Of a DNA stretch of 64,000 bases, positions 18,016 through 26,016 are shown piece after piece. A model generated the notes under the pieces. It was given only the letters and a program-made list of their open reading frames with translations. It searched no databases and was not told the DNA's origin. The translations under genes and the position numbers were made by a program. Source of the stretch: Bacillota bacterium (GTDB taxonomy: Bacteria; Bacillota; Clostridia; Oscillospirales; Ruminococcaceae); the NCBI GenBank assembly GCA_023460535.1, contig JAEWPV010000006.1:37824-101823 (forward strand), written 5' to 3'. Numbering within the stretch: the stretch's first letter is position 1; the number at the start of each line of letters is the position of its first letter.

Positions 18016-19878
18016 TCAGGTACCGCGTTTATCAGCCAACACAGCCATAATGTCTTGTTTCACAGTCATCCACCGGTGAAGATAGGTGTGCTCCTTTAAA
18101 AACCGTAGATACGCTCTTTTGCGAATCGCTTCGCGCTCCTCTTCGTGCTCAAGATAGTACTGTATCAACTGCAACAACTCATCGTCCGTTTGATAGCATA
18201 GAATCTCTTCGCCGATTTTAAAGTAATCATTTAGTTCATCCATATACTTCGTTATAACAACCTGATTGCACGCCATTGCTTCAAAAATCCCGACCTTTAC
18301 GTTATGAAAGCCTGCGGCCGTTTTGGCAAACGAAAGATACATCTTTCCTTCGTTAATCGCCTTGGTAAGCGCAAGACCGTGGACCTCATTCATCCCTTTG
18401 CCATGCGCACTGATGTGAAAGCGTTCCTTTAATTTTTTTATGGTGCGAAGCCTGTCGCCCCTAGGGTTGGCGACAATGGCAAGATCAAACTTCTTTTCCA
18501 CCTCCGGCATATAGAAATGATGTGCCAAAGACGCGGCAAAGGGCAAAAGACGGATGTTTACCTTTTCTCGGTCGTATTGCCGGGTAAAAGAATGCTTGGA
18601 GTTGGTATAGAACAGGTCGAACTTATGCGCATATTGGGCTCCGTTAAACCGATACAAATCCGGGTCGGACAGCTCGATGCCGACGCTTGCAATGCCCATC
18701 TCCGAAAGTAGCTCAAAGCCGCTGTCTTCCAAAACGAGTCCTCCCGAATTCAACACGACGGCATCGGGCTTAAAGTCCTCAATGTCCTTTTTTATCTTTT
18801 CAGTATCCAGGGTGCAAATCTGACCCGAAACCATGCGCTTTTTTGACTTTACTCGTTTATCCGGTCTGGACGTATAAATCTTGGGGTCGATTACCTTGGC
18901 GTCGCAGGTTTTACATAGGTCGTCAGCCATTGCCTTTACCACATCGTTTACCCCCGCATAGTAGGAGCCGTAATACAGCACCTTTAACGGGTTAATCGCT
19001 TTGTCAATCTCTGCGCGGGCAAAGGAAAGGTGTCGTAAAAGGGTAACATGTGCGCGCTCTCTGTATGCAAGCTGCCGTTGTCTGATTGCTTCGCTTTCGC
19101 CTTTGGCCTTTTTAATCAGCTCAGAAAGCTTATCCACCTCATTCACCTTAATGCAGTATTCCTCCAGCCCGCAGTCTCTCATAAGAATCCGCAGCTTCGG
19201 GCAGATATCGATGGCAATGCAAGGCAAACCCTTCTGTATGGCAGCCACAATGCCGTGATACCTTCCCGAGATGACAAACCCACAGTCCGCAATCCTGTTT
19301 TCAATATCCGATTGGGTAGTCTGAAAGTTATCGGCTTTTATCTCGGCAAACTCTTCGGCAACAATCCTGTTATACTCCTCTGCATTGTTTTCATAGCAGA
19401 TGTATTTTTTAAACTGAGGCCTGCTTAACAGCGAGCCCGGATGGCGCCAAACAAAAAACAGCTTATCTAGGTTTAGGTTCTCGCTTTGGGTAACGCTTAA
19501 GGGGGACGCGAAGGTGATATCATAGGAGCGTTCGATATCGTCAATCTTCATGCAGTCAAGGGAGTATTGGTCCCGTACACAGAAGAATTTAGCGTTTTTA
19601 CTAAGTCGTTTTGCGTGGTCGGTCGAATGAGGAAATTCCGAACCAAGCCCTAAGATGCCATAAGGCGTATCCTGAGAGTAGTCTGCCCATGGCGGTATGG
19701 TTCGTTCGGCAAACAATCCGCCTCCGCCACAGATGACAAAGCCGTATGCGGAAAAATCATGCATCTGCGTATTGATGAATGAGGCTCCGGGAAACAGGGA
19801 GGCAAGAGTGCGCTTGATCCATCTGTCACCAAGGTTTTGCCCCTGCCACCAGCCCCATATTGCCAGTCGCTTTTTCAT
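18016..19878 (-). CDS. Polysaccharide pyruvyltransferase-family / CgeB-like glycosyltransferase fusion (paralogue A)
   Basis: N-terminal 'GWW..NLGD', 'GGGGLF', 'VRD..S', 'RYHG'; C-terminal 'SDPD', 'FEAMAC', 'EHTY..R' (Glyco_trans_1_2/CgeB). Confidence 0.82.
   Translation of the reverse strand: MKKRLAIWGWWQGQNLGDRWIKRTLASLFPGASFINTQMHDFSAYGFVICGGGGLFAERTIPPWADYSQDTPYGILGLGSEFPHSTDHAKRLSKNAKFFCVRDQYSLDCMKIDDIERSYDITFASPLSVTQSENLNLDKLFFVWRHPGSLLSRPQFKKYICYENNAEEYNRIVAEEFAEIKADNFQTTQSDIENRIADCGFVISGRYHGIVAAIQKGLPCIAIDICPKLRILMRDCGLEEYCIKVNEVDKLSELIKKAKGESEAIRQRQLAYRERAHVTLLRHLSFARAEIDKAINPLKVLYYGSYYAGVNDVVKAMADDLCKTCDAKVIDPKIYTSRPDKRVKSKKRMVSGQICTLDTEKIKKDIEDFKPDAVVLNSGGLVLEDSGFELLSEMGIASVGIELSDPDLYRFNGAQYAHKFDLFYTNSKHSFTRQYDREKVNIRLLPFAASLAHHFYMPEVEKKFDLAIVANPRGDRLRTIKKLKERFHISAHGKGMNEVHGLALTKAINEGKMYLSFAKTAAGFHNVKVGIFEAMACNQVVITKYMDELNDYFKIGEEILCYQTDDELLQLIQYYLEHEEEREAIRKRAYLRFLKEHTYLHRWMTVKQDIMAVLADKRGT
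19444..19557 (-). repeat. 114-bp perfect inverted repeat, copy 1 (within paralogue A)
   Basis: Exact reverse complement of 20530-20643. Confidence 0.95.
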
Positions 19879-19916
19879 ATCATTTAGCCTTTCTAAAAAA
19901 ACAGTCGGTTTATTAC

Positions 19917-19942
19917 ATTATATGTCGTGGCAGTAAATGTGT
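19917..19942 (-). promoter_or_regulatory. SigK-like (late mother-cell) promoter for paralogue A
   Basis: Minus strand AC-16 bp-CATATAAT. Confidence 0.6.
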
Positions 19943-20063
19943 CCGAAGGGGGCGCACAACGGGGACAACTCCGACAATCCTTACCGTTACCATTGCGTAT
20001 AAGTCGCTTTGTCCGTCATAAAGCAAGCGTGATTTCCCCACAACAATACACCATTGGGGTAAT

Positions 20064-20089
20064 ACACTTTTGTGGCATTCACATACAAT
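20064..20089 (+). promoter_or_regulatory. SigK-like promoter for paralogue B
   Basis: AC-16 bp-CATACAAT. Confidence 0.55.
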
Positions 20090-20208
20090 GATATGAGGAG
20101 CAGCTTAAACCGGCTTGTAATAGTAAAGCTGTAACACTGAAGAGTATTACATAAGGCAATGTAACGTTGCAAAAGTATAACCATTGACGGAAAGGGATGG
20201 TCGGGTAT

Positions 20209-22077
20209 ATGAAAAAACGATTGGCAGTGTGGGGTTGGTGGCAGGGTAAGAATCTGGGGGATAACTGGATCAAACGCACTATAAAAGGCATATTTCCGCA
20301 AGCTGAGTTTGTGGATACAAGAATCACCGACTTCTCTGCGTATGATTTTGTAATCTGCGGCGGCGGTGGCTTGTTCATATATGATGTGTTACGACCATGG
20401 GTGCGATATGCGCAAGCAACACCATACGGCGCACTGGGCTTGGGCGCAGAATTTCCCCATAAATCAGATCAAGCAAAAGAGCTTAGTAAAAAAGCAAGAT
20501 TTTTTTATGTCCGCGACCAATATTCACTCGACTGCATGAAGATTGACGATATCGAACGCTCCTATGATATCACCTTCGCGTCCCCCTTAAGCGTTACCCA
20601 AAGCGAGAACCTAAACCTAGATAAGCTGTTTTTTGTTTGGCGCGACGGATTGGATCTTTTGTGGAATGAGCAGTTTCAAAGATATATCTGCTTTGAAAAC
20701 AATCTGCCCGAGTACAAACGGATTATCGGCGAGCAGTTTGGTGCAATAACAGCCGACAATTTTCAAACCAGCGGCGATGATATTGAAAACAGAATCGGAG
20801 ACTGCGGGTTTGTCATTTCAGGAAGGTTTCACGGCATCGTTGCGGCAATACAAAAAGGCTTGCCTTGTATTGCCGTTGATATCTGCCCCAAGATACGCGC
20901 CTTGATGAAGGAGTGCGACCTGGAACAGTACTGCATCAAAATAAACGAGACAGAAAAACTTGCGGGTCTTATCACACAGGCAAAAAGGGAAAGCGAAGCA
21001 ATCAGAGCTAAGCAGTTTGCATACAGAGAAAAAGCGATTGATACCATCAATAAGCAGATATCCAATGCAAAAGCACAGGTAGACAAGGTGCTTAACCCTC
21101 TTCGGGTATTGCATTACGGCTCGTACTGGATGCAGGAAAATGATGTGGTTAAGGTAATGGCGGATGATTTGGCAAAGATTTGCGATAGCAAAGAAATAGA
21201 CCTTATGGTCTACTCAAAATCGTATGACAGCAGAATCAAGACGAAGATTGTCACACCAAACGGTCTAATCTGCATCCTAGACACCGATAAAATCCGTGAG
21301 GATATCAATGGGTTTCGACCCGACGCCGTAGTATTAAACTCAGGCGGACTGGTGCTAGAAGACAGCGGCTTCAAAATGCTTCGGGAGCTTGATGTTGTCA
21401 GTGTGGGTATCGAGCTTTCAGACCCCGATGTGTATCCCTATAACGGTTCGTTTTATGCAAATAAGTTTGACTTGTTCTATACAAACTCACCCTATTCACT
21501 CGAAAACCAGTACGACAAAGAAAAGGTTCACATACACCTTCTGCCCTTTGCCGCATCAACCGACCACCATTTCTATATGCCCGAGGTGAAAAAGAAGTAT
21601 GATCTTGTAGTAGTCGGTCATGCGCGGGAAGACAGGCTTCGTATAGTCAACAAGCTCAGGGAACGCTTCAACGTCGGGCTATATGGCTGCGGATGGGAAG
21701 AGGGGCTTGGAGAGGTACACGGCAACGAACTGACCAAGGCGATTAACGGGGGCTTGATGTACCTGTCGTTTGCTAAAACGACAGCAGGCTACAACAATAT
21801 AAAAGCAGGGCTATTTGAAGCAATGGCTTGCAATCAGGTTGTGATAACCTCTTACATGCAAGCGCTTAACGACTTTTTTGAAATAGGCAAAGAGATTTTA
21901 TGCTACAAGGAGGAAGGGGAGCTCCCCGACCTAATTGAATACTATCTTAAGCACGAAGAGGAGCGGGAAATGATACGGAAAAACGCTTATGCCAGATTCC
22001 TCAAGGAGCACACCTATTTAAACCGATGGGAAACGGTAAAGGAAGACATAAAAGGCGTAATCAAGGAAAAGTTTTAG
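20209..22077 (+). CDS. Polysaccharide pyruvyltransferase-family / CgeB-like glycosyltransferase fusion (paralogue B)
   Basis: Same motifs as paralogue A (NLGD, GGGGLF, RFHG, SDPD, FEAMAC, EHTY) and colinear over the full length. Confidence 0.82.
   Translation: MKKRLAVWGWWQGKNLGDNWIKRTIKGIFPQAEFVDTRITDFSAYDFVICGGGGLFIYDVLRPWVRYAQATPYGALGLGAEFPHKSDQAKELSKKARFFYVRDQYSLDCMKIDDIERSYDITFASPLSVTQSENLNLDKLFFVWRDGLDLLWNEQFQRYICFENNLPEYKRIIGEQFGAITADNFQTSGDDIENRIGDCGFVISGRFHGIVAAIQKGLPCIAVDICPKIRALMKECDLEQYCIKINETEKLAGLITQAKRESEAIRAKQFAYREKAIDTINKQISNAKAQVDKVLNPLRVLHYGSYWMQENDVVKVMADDLAKICDSKEIDLMVYSKSYDSRIKTKIVTPNGLICILDTDKIREDINGFRPDAVVLNSGGLVLEDSGFKMLRELDVVSVGIELSDPDVYPYNGSFYANKFDLFYTNSPYSLENQYDKEKVHIHLLPFAASTDHHFYMPEVKKKYDLVVVGHAREDRLRIVNKLRERFNVGLYGCGWEEGLGEVHGNELTKAINGGLMYLSFAKTTAGYNNIKAGLFEAMACNQVVITSYMQALNDFFEIGKEILCYKEEGELPDLIEYYLKHEEEREMIRKNAYARFLKEHTYLNRWETVKEDIKGVIKEKF
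20530..20643 (+). repeat. 114-bp perfect inverted repeat, copy 2 (within paralogue B)
   Basis: GACTGCATGAAG...GTTTGGCGC, identical to the reverse complement of 19444-19557. Confidence 0.95.
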
Positions 22078-22127
22078 CATTCTTGTATCCCATAGTTCGG
22101 GTTTGCATTATCGCACTCTCGCAGCCC

Positions 22128-22970
22128 TTAGAGTGTCATCTCATAAAATTTTTTCTCAAAGAATCGTTTGTGCCAGCTGCATTCATGAAGATGGCTTAGG
22201 CTTTTTAGTCCCATGGCGCCGTACTGCTTCATCAATCCGCTCAGGTTTGGCAGGATGCTGTCGCGCAGATCAAGCCGCTGCAGCGCAACGGCGTGATACA
22301 CTACCGAGTTAAAGTTTACCTTGGGGTGCCAATCCGCCTTTGTTCCGTAGTAATAATAGTACCCAAGCAACAGGCTGTCATCTTCAAAACACTGCTTGCC
22401 CTTAAGAAAACGGGAATCGTAGCCTCCGGTTTCTTTGAGTATTCCGGCGTTGTGAATGCAAGGATGGGTAAAACCGCGATCAATTTTGTCGCAGCAAAGT
22501 CCGGCAAGAAAATCGTCAAAATCTTTAATGTCCTGCGGAATCTTACGGGGCGTGTCATCTAAAAAAGGCATCGCTCCGCTTTGGTCAACAATCCCCACAC
22601 TCATCACGGGCTCATTGCTGCCATTCAGGCAATCAAGCACGGCGTCCTCCCAATGAGGTGCAAAAATCATGTCCATGTGAATTTCGCTGATAAAATCGGC
22701 ATCCGGATAATTGTCCCAGACATACTCAAAGCAGTGTTGCCTGCCTGCCGATATCCCCACATTTACCGCGTTGCCAATTACAACGCATTCCAAACTAAAT
22801 TGCCGAAGAAACGTCTCAACATCTTGATTGGATAACGGTCCCTGATTATACACAACCACAGTCGTATAGCTGCTTTTCTCCAGCGATTTCAGGTTTTTTT
22901 GCGCCAGAACCAAATCCTCGGCGTTCTTTTCCGGCCTTAAAAAAAATAAAAGTGTATGAACAAGCTTCAA
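22128..22970 (-). CDS. GT-A fold (family 2-like) glycosyltransferase
   Basis: 'VVVYNQG', 'NVGISAGRQ', 'HMD' (DxD-like), 'GGYDSRF', 'FEDDSL'; TTG start with GGGAG RBS. Confidence 0.7.
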   Translation of the reverse strand: MKLVHTLLFFLRPEKNAEDLVLAQKNLKSLEKSSYTTVVVYNQGPLSNQDVETFLRQFSLECVVIGNAVNVGISAGRQHCFEYVWDNYPDADFISEIHMDMIFAPHWEDAVLDCLNGSNEPVMSVGIVDQSGAMPFLDDTPRKIPQDIKDFDDFLAGLCCDKIDRGFTHPCIHNAGILKETGGYDSRFLKGKQCFEDDSLLLGYYYYYGTKADWHPKVNFNSVVYHAVALQRLDLRDSILPNLSGLMKQYGAMGLKSLSHLHECSWHKRFFEKKFYEMTL

Positions 22971-23180
22971 TTGTCTATCTCCCGCTTTCTGGTAGTATTT
23001 TATTGCTACTGATATTCTATTGGAATGCCTTATGTTGTATTCTCCAGTAGTATAGTATTACAAAGAGTTATGTGGCGACACAGCCCCAGTGTATCACTGT
23101 TATTTTGGGATAGTCTAACCGCATGCATTTACAAGGTGGTGGGCAACGGTATAAATCTAAGGCTAGTTGTCTCAAAACAC

Positions 23181-23219
23181 AAAAAAGCCACTACAGGATA
23201 CGTCCCATAGTGGCTTTTT
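23181..23219. terminator. Terminator downstream of the aldo/keto reductase
   Basis: AAAAAGCCACTA/TAGTGGCTTTTT. Confidence 0.7.
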
Positions 23220-23279
23220 GCGTTGCGGTTTTGTTTCGTCTATATCATTCTTTTAACACAATGCCTGATAGCATTGGCG

Positions 23280-24272
23280 TTATTGGGCAGCGCGAAGCAA
23301 AAGCACATCAATTTCGTCCATCTGTTTTTGTGATAACGGACCGAAATCCATTGCCTTTGCGTTTTCTTCCACCTGCGCTATCGTTTTAAAGCCGGGGATT
23401 GGCACGGTAACATCGCTTTTGCCCCAAATCCACGCCAGCGCACCCTGAACGAGTGTACGTCCGTTGCTGGTCAGCACCTCTCTTACACAATCCAGTGCGG
23501 CTAAGAACTCCGGGGTGGGTCTTCCGTCCTTAAAATACGGCACCCAGCTGTGACCCGCGCCGCGCACATCCTGGTTTGATATAACGGAGCTTGCCGTGAA
23601 CTTTCCGCTTAGAAACCCCATAGCGAGCGGGCTGCGGTTAATGCTTGCCATCTGGTTTTCTTCACACAGTTTTACGAGCTGCGGCGCATCCTCCAAAACA
23701 TTTAAGCAGTGCTGAATCGCACAACAATGGGGGCGTTGTGCAAACAGGCTTGCAGCTGTTACTCCGTCGGTACTCCAGCCGTAGGCGCGAATCTTCCCCT
23801 TCTCCGTCAATCTGTCCAGCACTTCACCAACCGACTCCACCTCCGAAACGGAGATATCCCCGACGTGGAGCTGGTACAGATCAATATAATCGGTACCAAG
23901 ACGCTTGAGAGAGGCGTCGCAAGCCCGTTCGATGTACGCGGGGGTTATATTGGTTCCGTGCAGGGTTTTGGTCGCCTCATTGCCAAAGAACCCAAACTTG
24001 GTTGCAATAATTACATTGCTTCGGCTTCCCACAATCGCCCGGCCTATAACCTCCTCGCTGTGCCCCACGCCATAGCAATCGGCGGTATCCAGAAAATTGA
24101 TGCCAAGCGCCATTGCTCGGTGAATTGCCGCAACAGACTGGTCGTCATCAATGTCACCCCAGCCGTCGCACATTCCATTTAGTACAAAAGGCCCGCCAAT
24201 CGCCCAGCAGCCCAACCCCAGCGCACTGACGGTAATACCGCTGCGCCCAAGGGTTCTTGTTAATACTGTCAT
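23280..24272 (-). CDS. Aldo/keto reductase
   Basis: LGLGCW, DTADCYG, ATKFG, LGTDYIDLYQLH, SPLAMG, PIPG. Confidence 0.93.
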   Translation of the reverse strand: MTVLTRTLGRSGITVSALGLGCWAIGGPFVLNGMCDGWGDIDDDQSVAAIHRAMALGINFLDTADCYGVGHSEEVIGRAIVGSRSNVIIATKFGFFGNEATKTLHGTNITPAYIERACDASLKRLGTDYIDLYQLHVGDISVSEVESVGEVLDRLTEKGKIRAYGWSTDGVTAASLFAQRPHCCAIQHCLNVLEDAPQLVKLCEENQMASINRSPLAMGFLSGKFTASSVISNQDVRGAGHSWVPYFKDGRPTPEFLAALDCVREVLTSNGRTLVQGALAWIWGKSDVTVPIPGFKTIAQVEENAKAMDFGPLSQKQMDEIDVLLLRAAQ

Positions 24273-24308
24273 CACAAAACCTCCTATTATATTCATATCA
24301 AGGAACGA

Positions 24309-24884
24309 CTAAGCCATAATGCCGTCAAGAAAAACCGTCAGGCAAGACGAAATATCCGGCTCAACTGATTTCTCATCATAAAAGCGGATGGTCATTGCAA
24401 AACCAATCATCATGTAGTAATAAGCCAGGGCGAGACTGCCCGCGTCACCCTTTTTAATCTGTCTCCTTTGTATTCCATTCGCCACAATCTGTGTGATTCT
24501 TTCAAGAAAAAACGCCTCAATCTCCTGCGTTTTACTAAGAATATAGTCCTTACTATACTCGGGTGGATAGTAGTAGTACCGATCCCAAAACACCATTTTG
24601 TCATTGTTTTTGCAGTTCTTCACATAGCCCGTAAAGAGTTCCGCAAGCTTTTGTGGGCAGTTCGTTTCCTCGTCATAGGCGGTTAATTTGCGGATAAACC
24701 GGGCATAGTCCTCCACAATGCCATCAAATACGGCAGTAAAAATCTGCTCTTTTCCGGCGTAATGAGAATATAACGAGCCCTTTTTTATACCAACAGCCTT
24801 TGCAATATCGTCCATACTGGTGCCAAAGTACCCTTTGTGCGCAAACAATACCAATGATTGTTGCATTATTTCATTCTTTTTCAT
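24309..24884 (-). CDS. TetR/AcrR family transcriptional regulator
   Basis: 'LFAHKGYFGTSMDDIAKAVGIKKGSLYSHY.GKE' HTH. Confidence 0.93.
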   Translation of the reverse strand: MKKNEIMQQSLVLFAHKGYFGTSMDDIAKAVGIKKGSLYSHYAGKEQIFTAVFDGIVEDYARFIRKLTAYDEETNCPQKLAELFTGYVKNCKNNDKMVFWDRYYYYPPEYSKDYILSKTQEIEAFFLERITQIVANGIQRRQIKKGDAGSLALAYYYMMIGFAMTIRFYDEKSVEPDISSCLTVFLDGIMA

Positions 24885-24914
24885 CACGTATGCAACCCTT
24901 TCATCGCAAGCTAC

Positions 24915-24928
24915 CTACCGTTTGGTAG
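24915..24928. promoter_or_regulatory. Probable TetR autoregulatory operator
   Basis: Palindrome CTACC-GTTT-GGTAG about 30 bp upstream of tetR. Confidence 0.55.
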
Positions 24929-25035
24929 TATTTTAGCAGAATAATTATCAAAAAGCAATACCTCAAAAAAATTAACCTAAATCATCGGTTTATCTATGGA
25001 ATGGAATGGTTTACCATGATATGATATAGAAAATC

Positions 25036-25049
25036 ACTACCGCAGTAGT
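25036..25049. promoter_or_regulatory. Probable BlaI-family operator
   Basis: Palindrome ACTAC-CGCA-GTAGT just upstream of the blaI RBS. Confidence 0.55.
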
Positions 25050-25071
25050 CGTACTGAAGGAGGATACTCTC

Positions 25072-25431
25072 ATGGGGATGAATCTGTTTGATTCCGAGCT
25101 GAAGGTCATGGAGGTATTATGGCGCGAGGGGGACGTGTCCGCAGGGCACATCGCGAAGATACTAAGAGAAGAGGTGGGCTGGAATCGCAATACGACATAT
25201 ACCATCATCAAAAAATGCATTGAAAAGGGCGCTGCACAGCGGTTTGAACCAAAGTTTATGTGCAAGGCATTGATTACACGAAAAGAGGTACAGACGGAAA
25301 AAACGGAGGAGTTAATCGCCAAAATGTTTTCCGGCTCCAAGCTAAGCTTCTTTACCCAGTTCTTAAGCCCTGAAACGCTCACGCAGGAAGAGTTAAGACA
25401 GCTGAAGCAAATCGTCGACGGCATGGAATGA
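25072..25431 (+). CDS. BlaI/MecI/CopY family repressor
   Basis: 'LFDSELKVMEVLW', 'GWNRNTTYTII', 'LTQEELRQLKQIV'. Confidence 0.92.
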   Translation: MGMNLFDSELKVMEVLWREGDVSAGHIAKILREEVGWNRNTTYTIIKKCIEKGAAQRFEPKFMCKALITRKEVQTEKTEELIAKMFSGSKLSFFTQFLSPETLTQEELRQLKQIVDGME

Positions 25432-25445
25432 GGAGGGCGAATACC

Positions 25446-25640
25446 ATGGCTGCAATGAGAGGTTCTTGCTAGCTTGCTAATCCTTTTATCCTTTTGATTC
25501 GCATTTTTTTGGTAATAGGCTTCCCAAACAGGTCTTAACAGCAACATGAAAAATAACGGCAACACGCATACTGCTTCCCATATCACTATTTGCTTATTTG
25601 GGTTTGCCAAGCATTACGCCCCTGTTTTTAGTCTAGCTTA
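25446..25640 (+). pseudogene. Decayed BlaR1/M56 peptidase N-terminus (boundaries approximate)
   Basis: After an AGGAGG RBS: fragments ASLLIL / LLIRIF / GNRLPKQVLTAT*KITATRILLPIS; frameshift in a T7 run (25504-25510) and TGA at 25547 where M56 proteins have Trp. Confidence 0.65.
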
Positions 25641-26016
25641 CCGCAACCTCTGTCGCAGAATTTATTGATAACACGTCAAACACTCTACCCCTGAATCTTT
25701 TGGGGAATGGAAGTGGCGGGCAGATTGAACCGAGCTAGTTCCACTCGCTCGGTACAAAGCGCAGAACGATTTCAAGTGTAGCCACAAAAAGGTTTTATAC
25801 TGTTTATCACATAGGGTCAGACGATGGCAGGCTTATTAAACGGTAATCGTCTAATTTTTCATCAAAAACAGTTGACGCACTATAATAAAAGGGATAAGCT
25901 ATAAATACTGTGATAGATAAAGGCCCGCACTGACAGCCTTCATCAAGCGTTCGGTCGGGCTTTTCGTTGTTTTTATATCATCTGCGAACATAAGGTTTGG
26001 AAAGAGGAACAGGGAT

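Noticed and set aside
25011..25610. 199-aa minus-strand ORF
   Set aside because: Antisense to blaI and the blaR1 remnant
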